NCBI GenBank assembly: GCA_040285745.1
Contig: JAUFOR010000002.1
Location: 744,001 to 808,000, forward strand
Length of the DNA stretch: 64,000 nt
Source: Barthelona sp. PCE
Lineage: Eukaryota
Direction of reading: 5' to 3'
Within the stretch, counting starts at the first letter, position 1, and each line of letters opens with the position of its first letter. The notes beneath the pieces were generated by a model. That model had not been told where the DNA came from and made no database searches. It saw nothing but the letters and a program-made list of their open reading frames with translations. A program made the position numbers and the translations under genes. This document shows positions 51,006 to 60,603 of this stretch, in pieces.

Positions 51006-52322
51006 TCAGTGGTATCTGTTAAAGTATGCATTGTATTCCTCAAAAAAAGTCATATCAAAGAAGTATGGTTTGGCTTCAATCTCCAATATCATATCTTGGA
51101 TTTCTACAACTTGAGCTGGCTGATATCCCTTAACTTCTCTCTCTCTCATAAGACTTGCATGAAGATAAGCATTAGCAGGTGAAAAATTGGATAAATACTT
51201 AAACTCATCATTTTTCTGCTCATCGAATGATCTTGCCTTCCGATTTTCACTTATTCCTGTGCATACAATAACGGTTTGTAGTCTCTTAATAAACTCAGTT
51301 ACAGGAAGATCATCAATAACACGAGGTTCAAATAAAAAATTACGAAGTTCCACGATTCTATTATCAATAACTTTTGGCTCGTGTAAAAGGGTCATTTTGA
51401 ACATCGTTGCCACATAGTAAATACTTTTTTTTGGAACAAACATAGAAACTTGTGCAGCAATTCCGAAAACGTTAGGAAAAACTATTGATGTCACTATGAA
51501 AAACTGATTAGTGAATCGGCTACACACAAATATGTCCATTGCTACGAGGAACATTAACTGTTTGTTTTTTTTCACATTGAAATATTCCCAAATTGATGAA
51601 AGAACCATTTGAATGTAATAACCCACGGAATACTTTTCCACCATACTCTTGGCCAGAGCTGCTATGGAGTCAAATTCATGTAAACTACCACCTCCCATCA
51701 CAAAGGTTTCATACAAAAAATGTAGATCCTTTGAATTAAGAAGAGAAAGTGTTTGCATATGTTCCATCATATCTGGATAAGTATATAACATACTTGAAAT
51801 CATGACACAGTCCGCAAGAAAGTGATCGCTTTTGTAAACTAGACGTTGATCTTTAAAATCATCAAGAGTACAAGCAAATATTTCTTCAACTGTTAAAGGA
51901 TCAGATGCGTCATGATTTAAGCTTCGTAATAATGGAATAATCGTATTTTGTGTAATTATCAAAGGTCTTACAATATACCGTGATACTACATGGTAGAAGT
52001 AATCAATAAGCACATGAAAGGCCCTTGAGACGACGTTTAAGTGCTGTAGCCGACACACAAAACAATGCCCAGGGATATCCTGAGGTACATAATGAGCGCA
52101 GTTAGATAACACACGTACCTTGTTAAAAAATGCTGGGGGACACGATGAATGGCATGAAGAACATGCCCTCCACTTGGATTCGTCTGAATTACAATAACTG
52201 TTATGAAATACCCTAAGAGTTGCCGCCAAAGGGCTCAAATTCCCATTTTCATCTGGAGGGTTCAATCTGTAGTGCCCAACCAACTCCTCAAATGAGGTGC
52301 TTTTCGAAAGTTCGAATGGCAT
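51006..52322 (-). CDS. Hypothetical protein with N-terminal Cys/His cluster
   Basis: 438-aa ORF with 'CSSCHSSC...CAH...HCFVC', possibly Zn-binding. Confidence 0.6.
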   Translation of the reverse strand: MPFELSKSTSFEELVGHYRLNPPDENGNLSPLAATLRVFHNSYCNSDESKWRACSSCHSSCPPAFFNKVRVLSNCAHYVPQDIPGHCFVCRLQHLNVVSRAFHVLIDYFYHVVSRYIVRPLIITQNTIIPLLRSLNHDASDPLTVEEIFACTLDDFKDQRLVYKSDHFLADCVMISSMLYTYPDMMEHMQTLSLLNSKDLHFLYETFVMGGGSLHEFDSIAALAKSMVEKYSVGYYIQMVLSSIWEYFNVKKNKQLMFLVAMDIFVCSRFTNQFFIVTSIVFPNVFGIAAQVSMFVPKKSIYYVATMFKMTLLHEPKVIDNRIVELRNFLFEPRVIDDLPVTEFIKRLQTVIVCTGISENRKARSFDEQKNDEFKYLSNFSPANAYLHASLMREREVKGYQPAQVVEIQDMILEIEAKPYFFDMTFFEEYNAYFNRYH

Positions 52323-52573
52323 GAGGTAAAAAAGTTATAGCGTTCTTGCATTTATAGTGAAAGTTTCATTCGTATATATTGGCGTTATATGTGATTTACT
52401 GACAGACTAACGAAGACAAAGCAGAGTATATGTAAATAGTTCAACAATAAAAAAGACAGGTTGTATAAAACTCTTTATTTTTCACATTAAAAACATCATG
52501 CATGATAGATATAGCAATCTTTGCCAAGTTATGTGTTATTATTTTGTTTTTAAAAACATTACCTTTTACAACA

Positions 52574-54472
52574 ATGGTAACTGCGTTTGAAGAAGTCCTA
52601 AGTTTACTCGCAGAAAAGGATTCAATCTCAAAAGAGCAATTTCTCTCCCGATTAAGCACTCTGATGTCAAGTGTTTATCACCACTGCTTGAAAAACAATA
52701 ATTTGGCAGTTTACACACAGCTTTTGAACATGCTACAGCAGAATCATGGTATTGAACCAGGAAACCAATCAGTTCCAAGCTCCATTGATGATTTAAGTAC
52801 AGAAGAAGAAGACTACGTAGAAAAAGTTTCGATTTCTGAACCTGTTCGTATGTCATCTAAATATCTTCAAAAGGTGGAAAAACCTAAGAAAAATATCAAT
52901 TCCAGGGTTAATAGACAAGGAGTACCTCTCAAGAAGGTTGCTCCCCCTCCACCACCTCGAAAGCCCTCAATCAGCTTATCTGATGTTGAATCAGATGATG
53001 AAGATAGTGAGCCCGACTACTCAATGCCTTGGGATCGCCGCAAAAAGTCGACAAAGGGATATAAATCCAAGAAGAAAGTTCGGAACAATACTTCCATCAA
53101 GAAAGGATCCTATCAGCATAGCATTTCCTCATTTGGCCGTATATCCCGGTACAACCCAACTCAGTATAAGGATGATGAGTTTGCAGAGTATGCAGACAAG
53201 AAGAAACGTAAATCTGATGCAATGAAGTTTACAAAGAAAGAGCATTTTGAAACAATGGATGTTGTTAAAAAGAAACAGAAACCGCAAACATATGATGATG
53301 ATGAGCTTGATATTGATCTCGATGATCTTGTTCCTCAAGTTGAGGAAAAACCCAAGTTAAAGAGTATACCAAAACTGCATAAGGTTGATAAACCAAAGAA
53401 AAACTCAAAGGTTGAGCGAATGACGCCTCATTTAAAGAAAAAGAATGGTGAGATTGATGGTGAAGGTGATGATCCCGAAAAAATTATTAATGCTCTTGCG
53501 CAAAAGATTCAGAAAATTGGAGGAAAACATGTTAACGAGCGTCTAAATCGCCTCGACGATGAAGAATGGCGTGAAAAATTGGCTGTTTTTGACGAGCATC
53601 TTGTAACTAACATCATTTCTGAAATCATTGGTGATATCACCAAAGTCAAGTTTAACGACATTGCCGGTCTTGAACAGTGCAAGAGACTCATCAATGAGCA
53701 CGTTATTCTCCCAAAAATGCGCCCCGACCTTTTTAAGGGGTTAAGAAGCCCCACCAAGGGTGTTCTGTTATTTGGACCTCCAGGAAACGGTAAAACTATG
53801 CTTGCTAAAGCAATTGCAAGCTCATTGGATGTCACTTTTTTTAGCGTTAGTGCAAGTTCCCTTACATCAAAGTGGATCGGAGAAGGTGAAAAACTTGTCC
53901 GTATTCTTTTCACTATGGCTCGACTACTCAGTCCATCAATTGTCTTTTTGGACGAGATAGACTCGTTACTTACATCTAGAACAGATGGAGAGAATGATGC
54001 AAGTCGTAGGATGAAAACAGAGTTTATGGTTCAGTTAGATGGTCTTGGAAATGAAAACAGTGATATTCTCAGCATTGGTGCAACAAATGTTGTACAACAA
54101 ATCGATTCGGCCATTAGACGTCGTTTTACAAGACGTATTTACGTTCCTCTTCCCGATATTGATGCTCGCAGCTACTTAATTCGCAGTCTTCTTTCAAAAC
54201 TTACACACTCACTTAATGATGGCAACATTCAATCAGCCGCGGAATTAACAGAAGGGTACAGCGGTCATGATCTGCATTTGTTAATGCAGGAGGTTGCATA
54301 TATGCCGATTCGTGATCTTACCATGACTCAGATAGAAACCATTGCCAGTGATCGGATCAGAGCAGTGTGTTTCGATGATTTTGAGAAGGCTCTCTCCAGT
54401 GTAAGGCCTAGTTGTCAGAAAAAAGAAGTTGAAGAGTTTGAGAAATGGAATGAAAAGTATGGAAGTGGTTAA
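52574..54472 (+). CDS. Microtubule-severing-family AAA ATPase (spastin/fidgetin-like)
   Basis: 'DIAGLE', 'RPDLFKGLRSP', GPPGNGKT, 'SSLTSKWIGEGEK', DEID, 'ASRRMKTEF', 'RRF.RRIYVPLP' and a Vps4_C-like end. Confidence 0.88.
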   Translation: MVTAFEEVLSLLAEKDSISKEQFLSRLSTLMSSVYHHCLKNNNLAVYTQLLNMLQQNHGIEPGNQSVPSSIDDLSTEEEDYVEKVSISEPVRMSSKYLQKVEKPKKNINSRVNRQGVPLKKVAPPPPPRKPSISLSDVESDDEDSEPDYSMPWDRRKKSTKGYKSKKKVRNNTSIKKGSYQHSISSFGRISRYNPTQYKDDEFAEYADKKKRKSDAMKFTKKEHFETMDVVKKKQKPQTYDDDELDIDLDDLVPQVEEKPKLKSIPKLHKVDKPKKNSKVERMTPHLKKKNGEIDGEGDDPEKIINALAQKIQKIGGKHVNERLNRLDDEEWREKLAVFDEHLVTNIISEIIGDITKVKFNDIAGLEQCKRLINEHVILPKMRPDLFKGLRSPTKGVLLFGPPGNGKTMLAKAIASSLDVTFFSVSASSLTSKWIGEGEKLVRILFTMARLLSPSIVFLDEIDSLLTSRTDGENDASRRMKTEFMVQLDGLGNENSDILSIGATNVVQQIDSAIRRRFTRRIYVPLPDIDARSYLIRSLLSKLTHSLNDGNIQSAAELTEGYSGHDLHLLMQEVAYMPIRDLTMTQIETIASDRIRAVCFDDFEKALSSVRPSCQKKEVEEFEKWNEKYGSG

Positions 54473-56043
54473 CGCGTGAGAGAATCAACTTGATAGTCTT
54501 CTAGAAGTTGCAATACGGTATCAGTAATGACAGCAGCATCAAAATATTTCATAATCCGTTTAACCTCATCAAAATGCATATGAACAATCAGAAAACTCAC
54601 AATTCGTTGTATTATTACACTTTCTTGGGTCATTAAAGGAATTTTCATTGATTGTAGCTGATGTAAATAGTCTAAAAGCATATTTATATACTTTTTCAAT
54701 GTTACTTTATCACCAGCTGTGTTAACTATCATTCTACAAAGTCTATTTAAAACTAAAAACACAAGATCAAAGACCTCATCTCCCTTTCTAATTAGAGACT
54801 GGAATGTATTGTCTGAATATTTTGAATAAATAACAGAAAATGTACACAGATCTTCAACCTCTTGCTGTTCAACCAAAACCACAGGTAGGCAGTTAACTAA
54901 ATTAATTCTTAACAATACGCATGGACCCTTATTAAGTAAAACAAGAATATTATCGTATTCCATACCAAGAGAGTAGTTTTTTCTACAATTGCTAGCTAAT
55001 GTAATCTGAGAAATGGATGAATTTGGCACAATTCTACACATATCAATCTCTTGGTGAATACTAACGAACTCGTTAAACATAAAATCAATTCTTCCAAGAC
55101 CCCAATGAAATAAACTCAAATAACGTTCCTCAAAGACAACTATAACATATCCCTGAGGGCTACTTGCAGAGATGTGTGTGATTTGCCTCTTTTGTGGATC
55201 TTGATATTCAGCAAGCTGTTTTCCAGAGTGTGTGAAGCAAAAAAGTTTACCTCTATCGCTGGTTGCAAAAACAATGCGATCCAGACATGCAAAGCACTGT
55301 AGCTCTCCAACTCTTGGTGGCTTTCGTTGTTGAATACGCTCTGTTTCAGGATTCAGTAACAGGAAGTATGTTCCCTGATCATCTTTTTCGATCAGGAACA
55401 GTTGGCTTTCAACCCACCTTTGCTCGATTATGCTTCTATTACTTCGATATGTAAACAATTTACGAAGTTCCTGAGATCCAAGGCTACATATTTCCACGTT
55501 GCTTTCATATTGACACATGAGCAAAGAAGAGTCTGCTGAAAAAAGCATCTTTGTAACTGGTGCTGGAAATTCTTTTGCATGTTGTGACTCATAAGTTGTG
55601 ATTTTAAGACTTGAATCGTCAAGTGCCGTAGCAAATATGTTGTTTGAAATTGCAGAACTTGTAGCTTTGGTGTTTAAACTGCTGCCAAGAATATAATCAA
55701 TTCTTATGTGTACAAATCCGCCATCCCAGTTCGATAATTGAACGGCTGAAAGGACTCCGTTGTCAAAGTACATCATAAACATATCTGGGGTTGAAAAAAA
55801 GAACTGAATTGGGTTGGCCTCCTCAACATACTTCTCAAATTCCTTCAATCGGTCTGATAATCGAGTTGGCCGATTGTTGGGAACACGTGTATCCATACCA
55901 TTCTGCTCCATTACTTCATATAATCTAATAACTTCTGCAGGAAAGGTATCAAAATCTACATTATCGTTTGGCAAATAACTTTCGAAGGGAACCCGTGACA
56001 AATCTTCCCTTTGACTTAGAACCCGAGCCCTAATTTGTAACAT
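54469..56043 (-). CDS. WDPCP: WDPCP/Fritz-like CPLANE ciliogenesis protein
   Basis: 'RPTRLSDRLKEFEKYV...MYFDNGVL...IRIDYILGSSL' parallels WDPCP 'RPEKLRDSLKELEELM...LLFGSGVL...VVIDRSLVGKL'; also 'NKGPCVLLRINL'. Confidence 0.65.
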   Translation of the reverse strand: MLQIRARVLSQREDLSRVPFESYLPNDNVDFDTFPAEVIRLYEVMEQNGMDTRVPNNRPTRLSDRLKEFEKYVEEANPIQFFFSTPDMFMMYFDNGVLSAVQLSNWDGGFVHIRIDYILGSSLNTKATSSAISNNIFATALDDSSLKITTYESQHAKEFPAPVTKMLFSADSSLLMCQYESNVEICSLGSQELRKLFTYRSNRSIIEQRWVESQLFLIEKDDQGTYFLLLNPETERIQQRKPPRVGELQCFACLDRIVFATSDRGKLFCFTHSGKQLAEYQDPQKRQITHISASSPQGYVIVVFEERYLSLFHWGLGRIDFMFNEFVSIHQEIDMCRIVPNSSISQITLASNCRKNYSLGMEYDNILVLLNKGPCVLLRINLVNCLPVVLVEQQEVEDLCTFSVIYSKYSDNTFQSLIRKGDEVFDLVFLVLNRLCRMIVNTAGDKVTLKKYINMLLDYLHQLQSMKIPLMTQESVIIQRIVSFLIVHMHFDEVKRIMKYFDAAVITDTVLQLLEDYQVDSLTR

Positions 56044-56118
56044 TTCTCAAATGAAATTTTGCAAGAACGTGAAAATGGGAAAAACATCCCATAGTTGATT
56101 TTATATCTTCTATCATGA

Positions 56119-56177
56119 ATGATTACTTTGTACGGGCGGCCTGATCCATTTCCGGAAGATAAGTGTACCCCAAATGA
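56119..56177 (+). ncRNA. Box C/D snoRNA, U43/snR70-type (guides 2'-O-methylation of the SSU rRNA C1402-equivalent)
   Basis: Box C-like ATGATTA (56119-25); guide ACGGGCGG (56132-39) + 1 nt + D' CTGA (56141-44), antisense to the universal SSU CCGCCCGU; GTGTAC (56163-68) antisense to the nearby GUACAC; D-like ATGA (56174-77). Confidence 0.75.
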
Positions 56178-56437
56178 CTATCTATTTTATTCTTAATTGT
56201 TGGTTTTCTATGTTATTGTGAGTTTTACACACAATAGACACTGGATATGTGATAGACACTGCTGTATATTTAGCAAAACAATGTTTAATTTCCAAATATG
56301 TTGGATGTTGAAACTTTAGAAAAAAATATCTGTTCTATTGCCTTGTATGTTAATAAAAACACTTTGACTGGTACATAATGGCTGAGTAATACACGATTGC
56401 ACATATATATTGACTGAAAAGGTTTAACATAATCTCC

Positions 56438-56443
56438 TTTCAC
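56438..56443 (+). promoter_or_regulatory. TTTCAC initiator-like element (representative copy)
   Basis: The same hexamer lies a few to about 40 nt upstream of the start codon, on the coding strand, at 5033, 11020(-), 11052, 14714(-), 19478(-), 33086, 34068, 36326, 47542, 50969(-) and 56069(-). Confidence 0.6.
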
Positions 56444-56459
56444 AAAAGAACGCCATATC

Positions 56460-57602
56460 ATGTCTCATCGTAAGTTCGAAGCTCCCCGCCACGGTAACCT
56501 TGGTTTCCTCCCCCGTAAGCGCTGTCGCCGCGGTCGTGGTCGCATTAAGGCCTTCCCCAGAGATGACGCCTCCAAGCCTTGTCATCTTACCGGTTTCATC
56601 GGTTTCAAGGCCGGTTCAACCCACGTTGTCCGTCAGCTCAACCGTCCCAAGTCCACTCGTCACGAGGCTGAGGCTTTAGAGTGCGTTACTGTCCTCGATT
56701 GTCCCCCTATGCGTGTTGTCGGTGTTGTTGGTTACGTCGAGACCCCCCGTGGTCTGCGTACCCTCACTACCGTCTGGGCCAAGACCCTTGACGAAGGTGT
56801 CAAGCGTCGTTTCTACAAGAACTGGTACCGTTCCAAGCAACGTGCTTTCAACAGCCACACCAGCAACTTCGACGATAAGGAGTTCAACAAGAAGCTCGCT
56901 TTGATCGCCAAGCACTGTCAGATTGTCCGTGTTATCTGCCATACCCAAATGCAGCACGTTCCTATCACCCAGAAGAAGGCTCACATTATTGAGATCCAGG
57001 TTAACGGTGGTTCTATCGCTGATAAGATTCAGTACGCTAGAAACCTCCTCACCAAGGAGATCAAGATCGGTGACATCTTCGAAGAAGGTGAGTGCCTTGA
57101 TTGTATCTCAATCTCCAAGGGTAAGGGTTTCAAGGGTACCGTCTCTCGTTATCACGTTCGTATTCTGCCCCGTAAGTCTAATCACTATGTCCGTGGTATT
57201 GGTTGTATCTCATCCTGGAACCCCCGTCGTATTGAGTGGACTGTTCCTCGTGCCGGTCAGAAGGGTTTCCATCACCGTACCGAGATGAACAAGCGTATCT
57301 ACCGTCTTGACAATGGTAAGTCTGGTAAGTCCGCTTCCACTGAGTACGATATCACTGATAAGGATATCACTCCTATGGGTGGTTTCCCTCACTACGGTGT
57401 CGTCAGCAACGATTTCCTCATGATCCGTGGTTCCGTTGTTGGTCCCAAGAAGCGTGCCGTCACTCTTCGTAAGACCCTCGTCAAGCCTAAGCGTTCCGTC
57501 CTCACTGAGGAGCTCAACATCAAGTTCATTGATACATCTTCCAAGATGGGCCACGGCCAGTTCCAGGTTTCCGCTGAGAAGAAGAGCTTCTTCGGTCGCT
57601 AG
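56460..57602 (+). CDS. RPL3: 60S ribosomal protein L3 (uL3), copy 2
   Basis: Translation identical to copy 1. Confidence 0.97.
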   Translation: MSHRKFEAPRHGNLGFLPRKRCRRGRGRIKAFPRDDASKPCHLTGFIGFKAGSTHVVRQLNRPKSTRHEAEALECVTVLDCPPMRVVGVVGYVETPRGLRTLTTVWAKTLDEGVKRRFYKNWYRSKQRAFNSHTSNFDDKEFNKKLALIAKHCQIVRVICHTQMQHVPITQKKAHIIEIQVNGGSIADKIQYARNLLTKEIKIGDIFEEGECLDCISISKGKGFKGTVSRYHVRILPRKSNHYVRGIGCISSWNPRRIEWTVPRAGQKGFHHRTEMNKRIYRLDNGKSGKSASTEYDITDKDITPMGGFPHYGVVSNDFLMIRGSVVGPKKRAVTLRKTLVKPKRSVLTEELNIKFIDTSSKMGHGQFQVSAEKKSFFGR

Positions 57603-57645
57603 TCGCATGCAGTAAATGTTGTTTACTCTTTATTTTGATGAATAA

Positions 57646-60483
57646 TTAAAATTGTGTCCGTACAACCTTGAATACCCTTTTTTTATCTCGAAATCGAGTG
57701 AATCCTACAGAATTTCGACTCTTGTCACACTTTTTAATCGTGAAATATACTAAAATACTAATAAAAAGCAAGATTAGTGTAAAAAGTAGAAACCTTGTAA
57801 AACTATCATTATTACTCACCACCCTGTAGCTTAACCTATATTTAACAGGACTTTCACCGTACACAGTAAGATATAATAACGAAACATCACTTCCGATATC
57901 ATCACTACTCAAACTCAGAGTTTGGACGTTCTCACTCTGTGGAATAGCCACCCACTGATGATCTCCCAGTCGTGGGCCAGGCTTTGTATTGTTAATCGAT
58001 GCATACAGCTTAACGTTCCCAAAATTAGTCAGCTCGCTATTTGTCTGTATTCTAATTAGGTCAAGCGCAAAATCCTCGTAATTGAGCTGAAGCCTGATTG
58101 TAAAATAATTAGCCTCATTGCATGTAAGAGAACCGTGAACAGCATCACTGGGTGTCAGCAACAAATTACGCTGGATAGTAATACCAATGTCAGAAGAACG
58201 CTGGCTTGTGCCTTCTGCGAGGATGAATAACGTTCCCGGGATGAAGTCCTCGTCCGTTGCTCGCATAGAAATAGCTATATGATCATGGTCTACAGAATCC
58301 ACAACATAAACGTCCCGTGCGTAATGATAAGGTACAGCATGCATTGACACGCTGAGCTTTGCAGAACCTGACTTGCAATAGACACGAATCACAAGGTCTA
58401 CATCGTCATTCGTCTCGAAAAATGAAAACACAACCTTGTTTCCGAAGTTTAGCTTCTTGGTTTCAACACTATCAAGCACAAGCTCGTACACCTCAAGCAA
58501 CAGTAAAGTGAACCGATCCATGTATAAATGGGTGAGCGTTGGCAGGTTAATAACGACAGTCAGTGTTTGATCGTTCTTACTTGTTTCCTTCGTAACTGGA
58601 CGGATGACCAGCGTCTTATTTGCTTTCATTGTGAACCCCTGGTTGAACGGACACGAAGATCCAACGCAAGCGCGCAACCTAACCCTATCTGAACCCGTTA
58701 AAAACAATGAGACAGAACGAGGAACAACGCTGTCAAATCTATAAGTGAATTTGTGCTCGATGCGCTTGAGAGATCCTCTTACGATGACACCCGGCAACAG
58801 AGCTGTGTTCAAAGAAGTATATGTAACCAAGCGTCCAATAACATCTGTTTTTGCGAATATTCCAATATACCATCTACCTTTCTGATACATTGGATCATTG
58901 GAGTGTACCGAAATATACTCGTTTGCATCATCTGGTGCGTCGCTAAACCAATCGTAACAGCGTGAATGCGGTACCGTTCCATTACTGGAGAGATACATTG
59001 CTGGGTTTCCGTCATCAACTTCGAGGAGTACACTAACATAATAGTTAACATCACGATCTTCTGTTACATCAAAGTAGAACCACCTCAAATTATTCTCAGG
59101 TATACTGATCTCTGAAACGATACCAAAGGAAAGAGGTTGGAGTCGCCCAATAGTCAGCTCCACGTTATCCACGCCCTCGACAATAACGCGTACAAAGAAC
59201 GTAAAATAACCGTCTAGCTCCGCCTGAATTGGATATATGATGAGATCAGGGTCGGTAAGAACGCAGCCCTCGCCGTAGTCAAGCTCCAGACATAGCTCCA
59301 CCCCGCGCGGAAATGGGTTTGTGATGACAATATGGTCAGCATGGTCACCAATCCACACAGACCCAATGAAAGACCTTTGGTTATTGATCGTGTAGACACC
59401 AAAACGATGTGTGTGCAACTTGAGCAAAGTCTGGGTGGCAAAAATTCTATAGATTAGGTGCGTGTCAAAGCTCATGAATCTGTTGGTGCTCAAAACAACC
59501 TGTAAAATATTCTCACTTCTACTGAAAGATGATGTGTGGAACTGTAGGATCTCGTTTTCACGAAGAATGCTTTTACGGTTCGTGTGATTCACGTTCGAAA
59601 AGTCAGAGTTAACGTAGTAAAACTCTCCCAAAAATTCATTACTGCTAAAATCTATTCTTGTGTTATTAAAAACTAAAAAGCTCAGTGTATTGCTCAACAA
59701 ATCAATGTTGTAGTCAACCAAGTTCTTGCATCCGTATATAAGAGTCAATTCAAGAGAATGAGAATCGATCAGGCTAATTGATCGGAACAAATTGAATTTT
59801 AGATGCATCTCCAACGTTGTATCAAATGTGACTGCCACAAAAACGAATCCTAGTGGTGGGTTGCTGATCCGAACGGGAAATGATGTGAAGGTATGCGTAT
59901 GATGATCAACTGAAGGTCTGGGATTATCATAGCTCAAAAAAATCTCCACATTTTCCAATTTTCCAGATCGTACGTTTCCAAGGAGCATCGGTACTCCACT
60001 ATTCTGACAGTATGAAGAAAAAAAGAATTTAGTAACACCAGATGTAAAAGATACTGTATGATTAATATAGTTCAACAATTTCATGTTACTAAACCCTCTA
60101 ATAAAGAAGTGGTGTGTGTTAAACTCAAGAACATCTGAGAATACAGCAAGATATACCGTACCTGGTCTCAAATCTATTGAATCTATACTTAAAATACCTA
60201 CACCTGAAAACTGATGGTCAGCCAATGAAGGCCATTCGTTCTTTTGTGATGCAAAGATCTGGAGATGAGTTAAATTTGTCTCAATAACTAAACTCTCTTG
60301 CTCAAATACATCTATTCTACAATAGATGTATGTTTCAGGTCTCAAATCAAGATAAAGTTTGACTCCCTGTTCCAATGTGTAATTACTCGTGCCATATATA
60401 TTAAACTCGGCTCTTGCTGTTGAGAAAATGCAAAAAAACAACATGCAAAATGCAATTTTAAAGAATCTATCTACTACCCTCAT
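57646..60483 (-). CDS. Type I membrane/surface protein with repeated beta-sandwich (PPC-like) modules
   Basis: N-terminal signal peptide; recurring modules 'YLSSNGTVP..YDW', 'LYASINNTKP..HQW', 'IFLSYDNPRP' and 'IFASQKNEWP..HQF'; TM helix 'FLLFTLILLFISILVYFTI' followed by a short basic tail. Confidence 0.75.
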   Translation of the reverse strand: MRVVDRFFKIAFCMLFFCIFSTARAEFNIYGTSNYTLEQGVKLYLDLRPETYIYCRIDVFEQESLVIETNLTHLQIFASQKNEWPSLADHQFSGVGILSIDSIDLRPGTVYLAVFSDVLEFNTHHFFIRGFSNMKLLNYINHTVSFTSGVTKFFFSSYCQNSGVPMLLGNVRSGKLENVEIFLSYDNPRPSVDHHTHTFTSFPVRISNPPLGFVFVAVTFDTTLEMHLKFNLFRSISLIDSHSLELTLIYGCKNLVDYNIDLLSNTLSFLVFNNTRIDFSSNEFLGEFYYVNSDFSNVNHTNRKSILRENEILQFHTSSFSRSENILQVVLSTNRFMSFDTHLIYRIFATQTLLKLHTHRFGVYTINNQRSFIGSVWIGDHADHIVITNPFPRGVELCLELDYGEGCVLTDPDLIIYPIQAELDGYFTFFVRVIVEGVDNVELTIGRLQPLSFGIVSEISIPENNLRWFYFDVTEDRDVNYYVSVLLEVDDGNPAMYLSSNGTVPHSRCYDWFSDAPDDANEYISVHSNDPMYQKGRWYIGIFAKTDVIGRLVTYTSLNTALLPGVIVRGSLKRIEHKFTYRFDSVVPRSVSLFLTGSDRVRLRACVGSSCPFNQGFTMKANKTLVIRPVTKETSKNDQTLTVVINLPTLTHLYMDRFTLLLLEVYELVLDSVETKKLNFGNKVVFSFFETNDDVDLVIRVYCKSGSAKLSVSMHAVPYHYARDVYVVDSVDHDHIAISMRATDEDFIPGTLFILAEGTSQRSSDIGITIQRNLLLTPSDAVHGSLTCNEANYFTIRLQLNYEDFALDLIRIQTNSELTNFGNVKLYASINNTKPGPRLGDHQWVAIPQSENVQTLSLSSDDIGSDVSLLYLTVYGESPVKYRLSYRVVSNNDSFTRFLLFTLILLFISILVYFTIKKCDKSRNSVGFTRFRDKKRVFKVVRTQF

Positions 60484-60603
60484 CCAGGACGTGATAACAT
60501 GCTTGCCCCTAAAATAAAATGTGCTAAAAAATGGGAAAATGAGAAATCACTGCTGTTGAAGTGAGTAACTATTTATTTTTCTATTGACACGTATTTAAAA
60601 GGT

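Larger units (their letters stand above)
56433..57634. repeat. Right arm of the 1,202-bp inverted repeat (RPL3 unit); partner at 49778-50979
   Basis: Reverse complement of 49778-50979; no differences found by eye. Confidence 0.92.
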
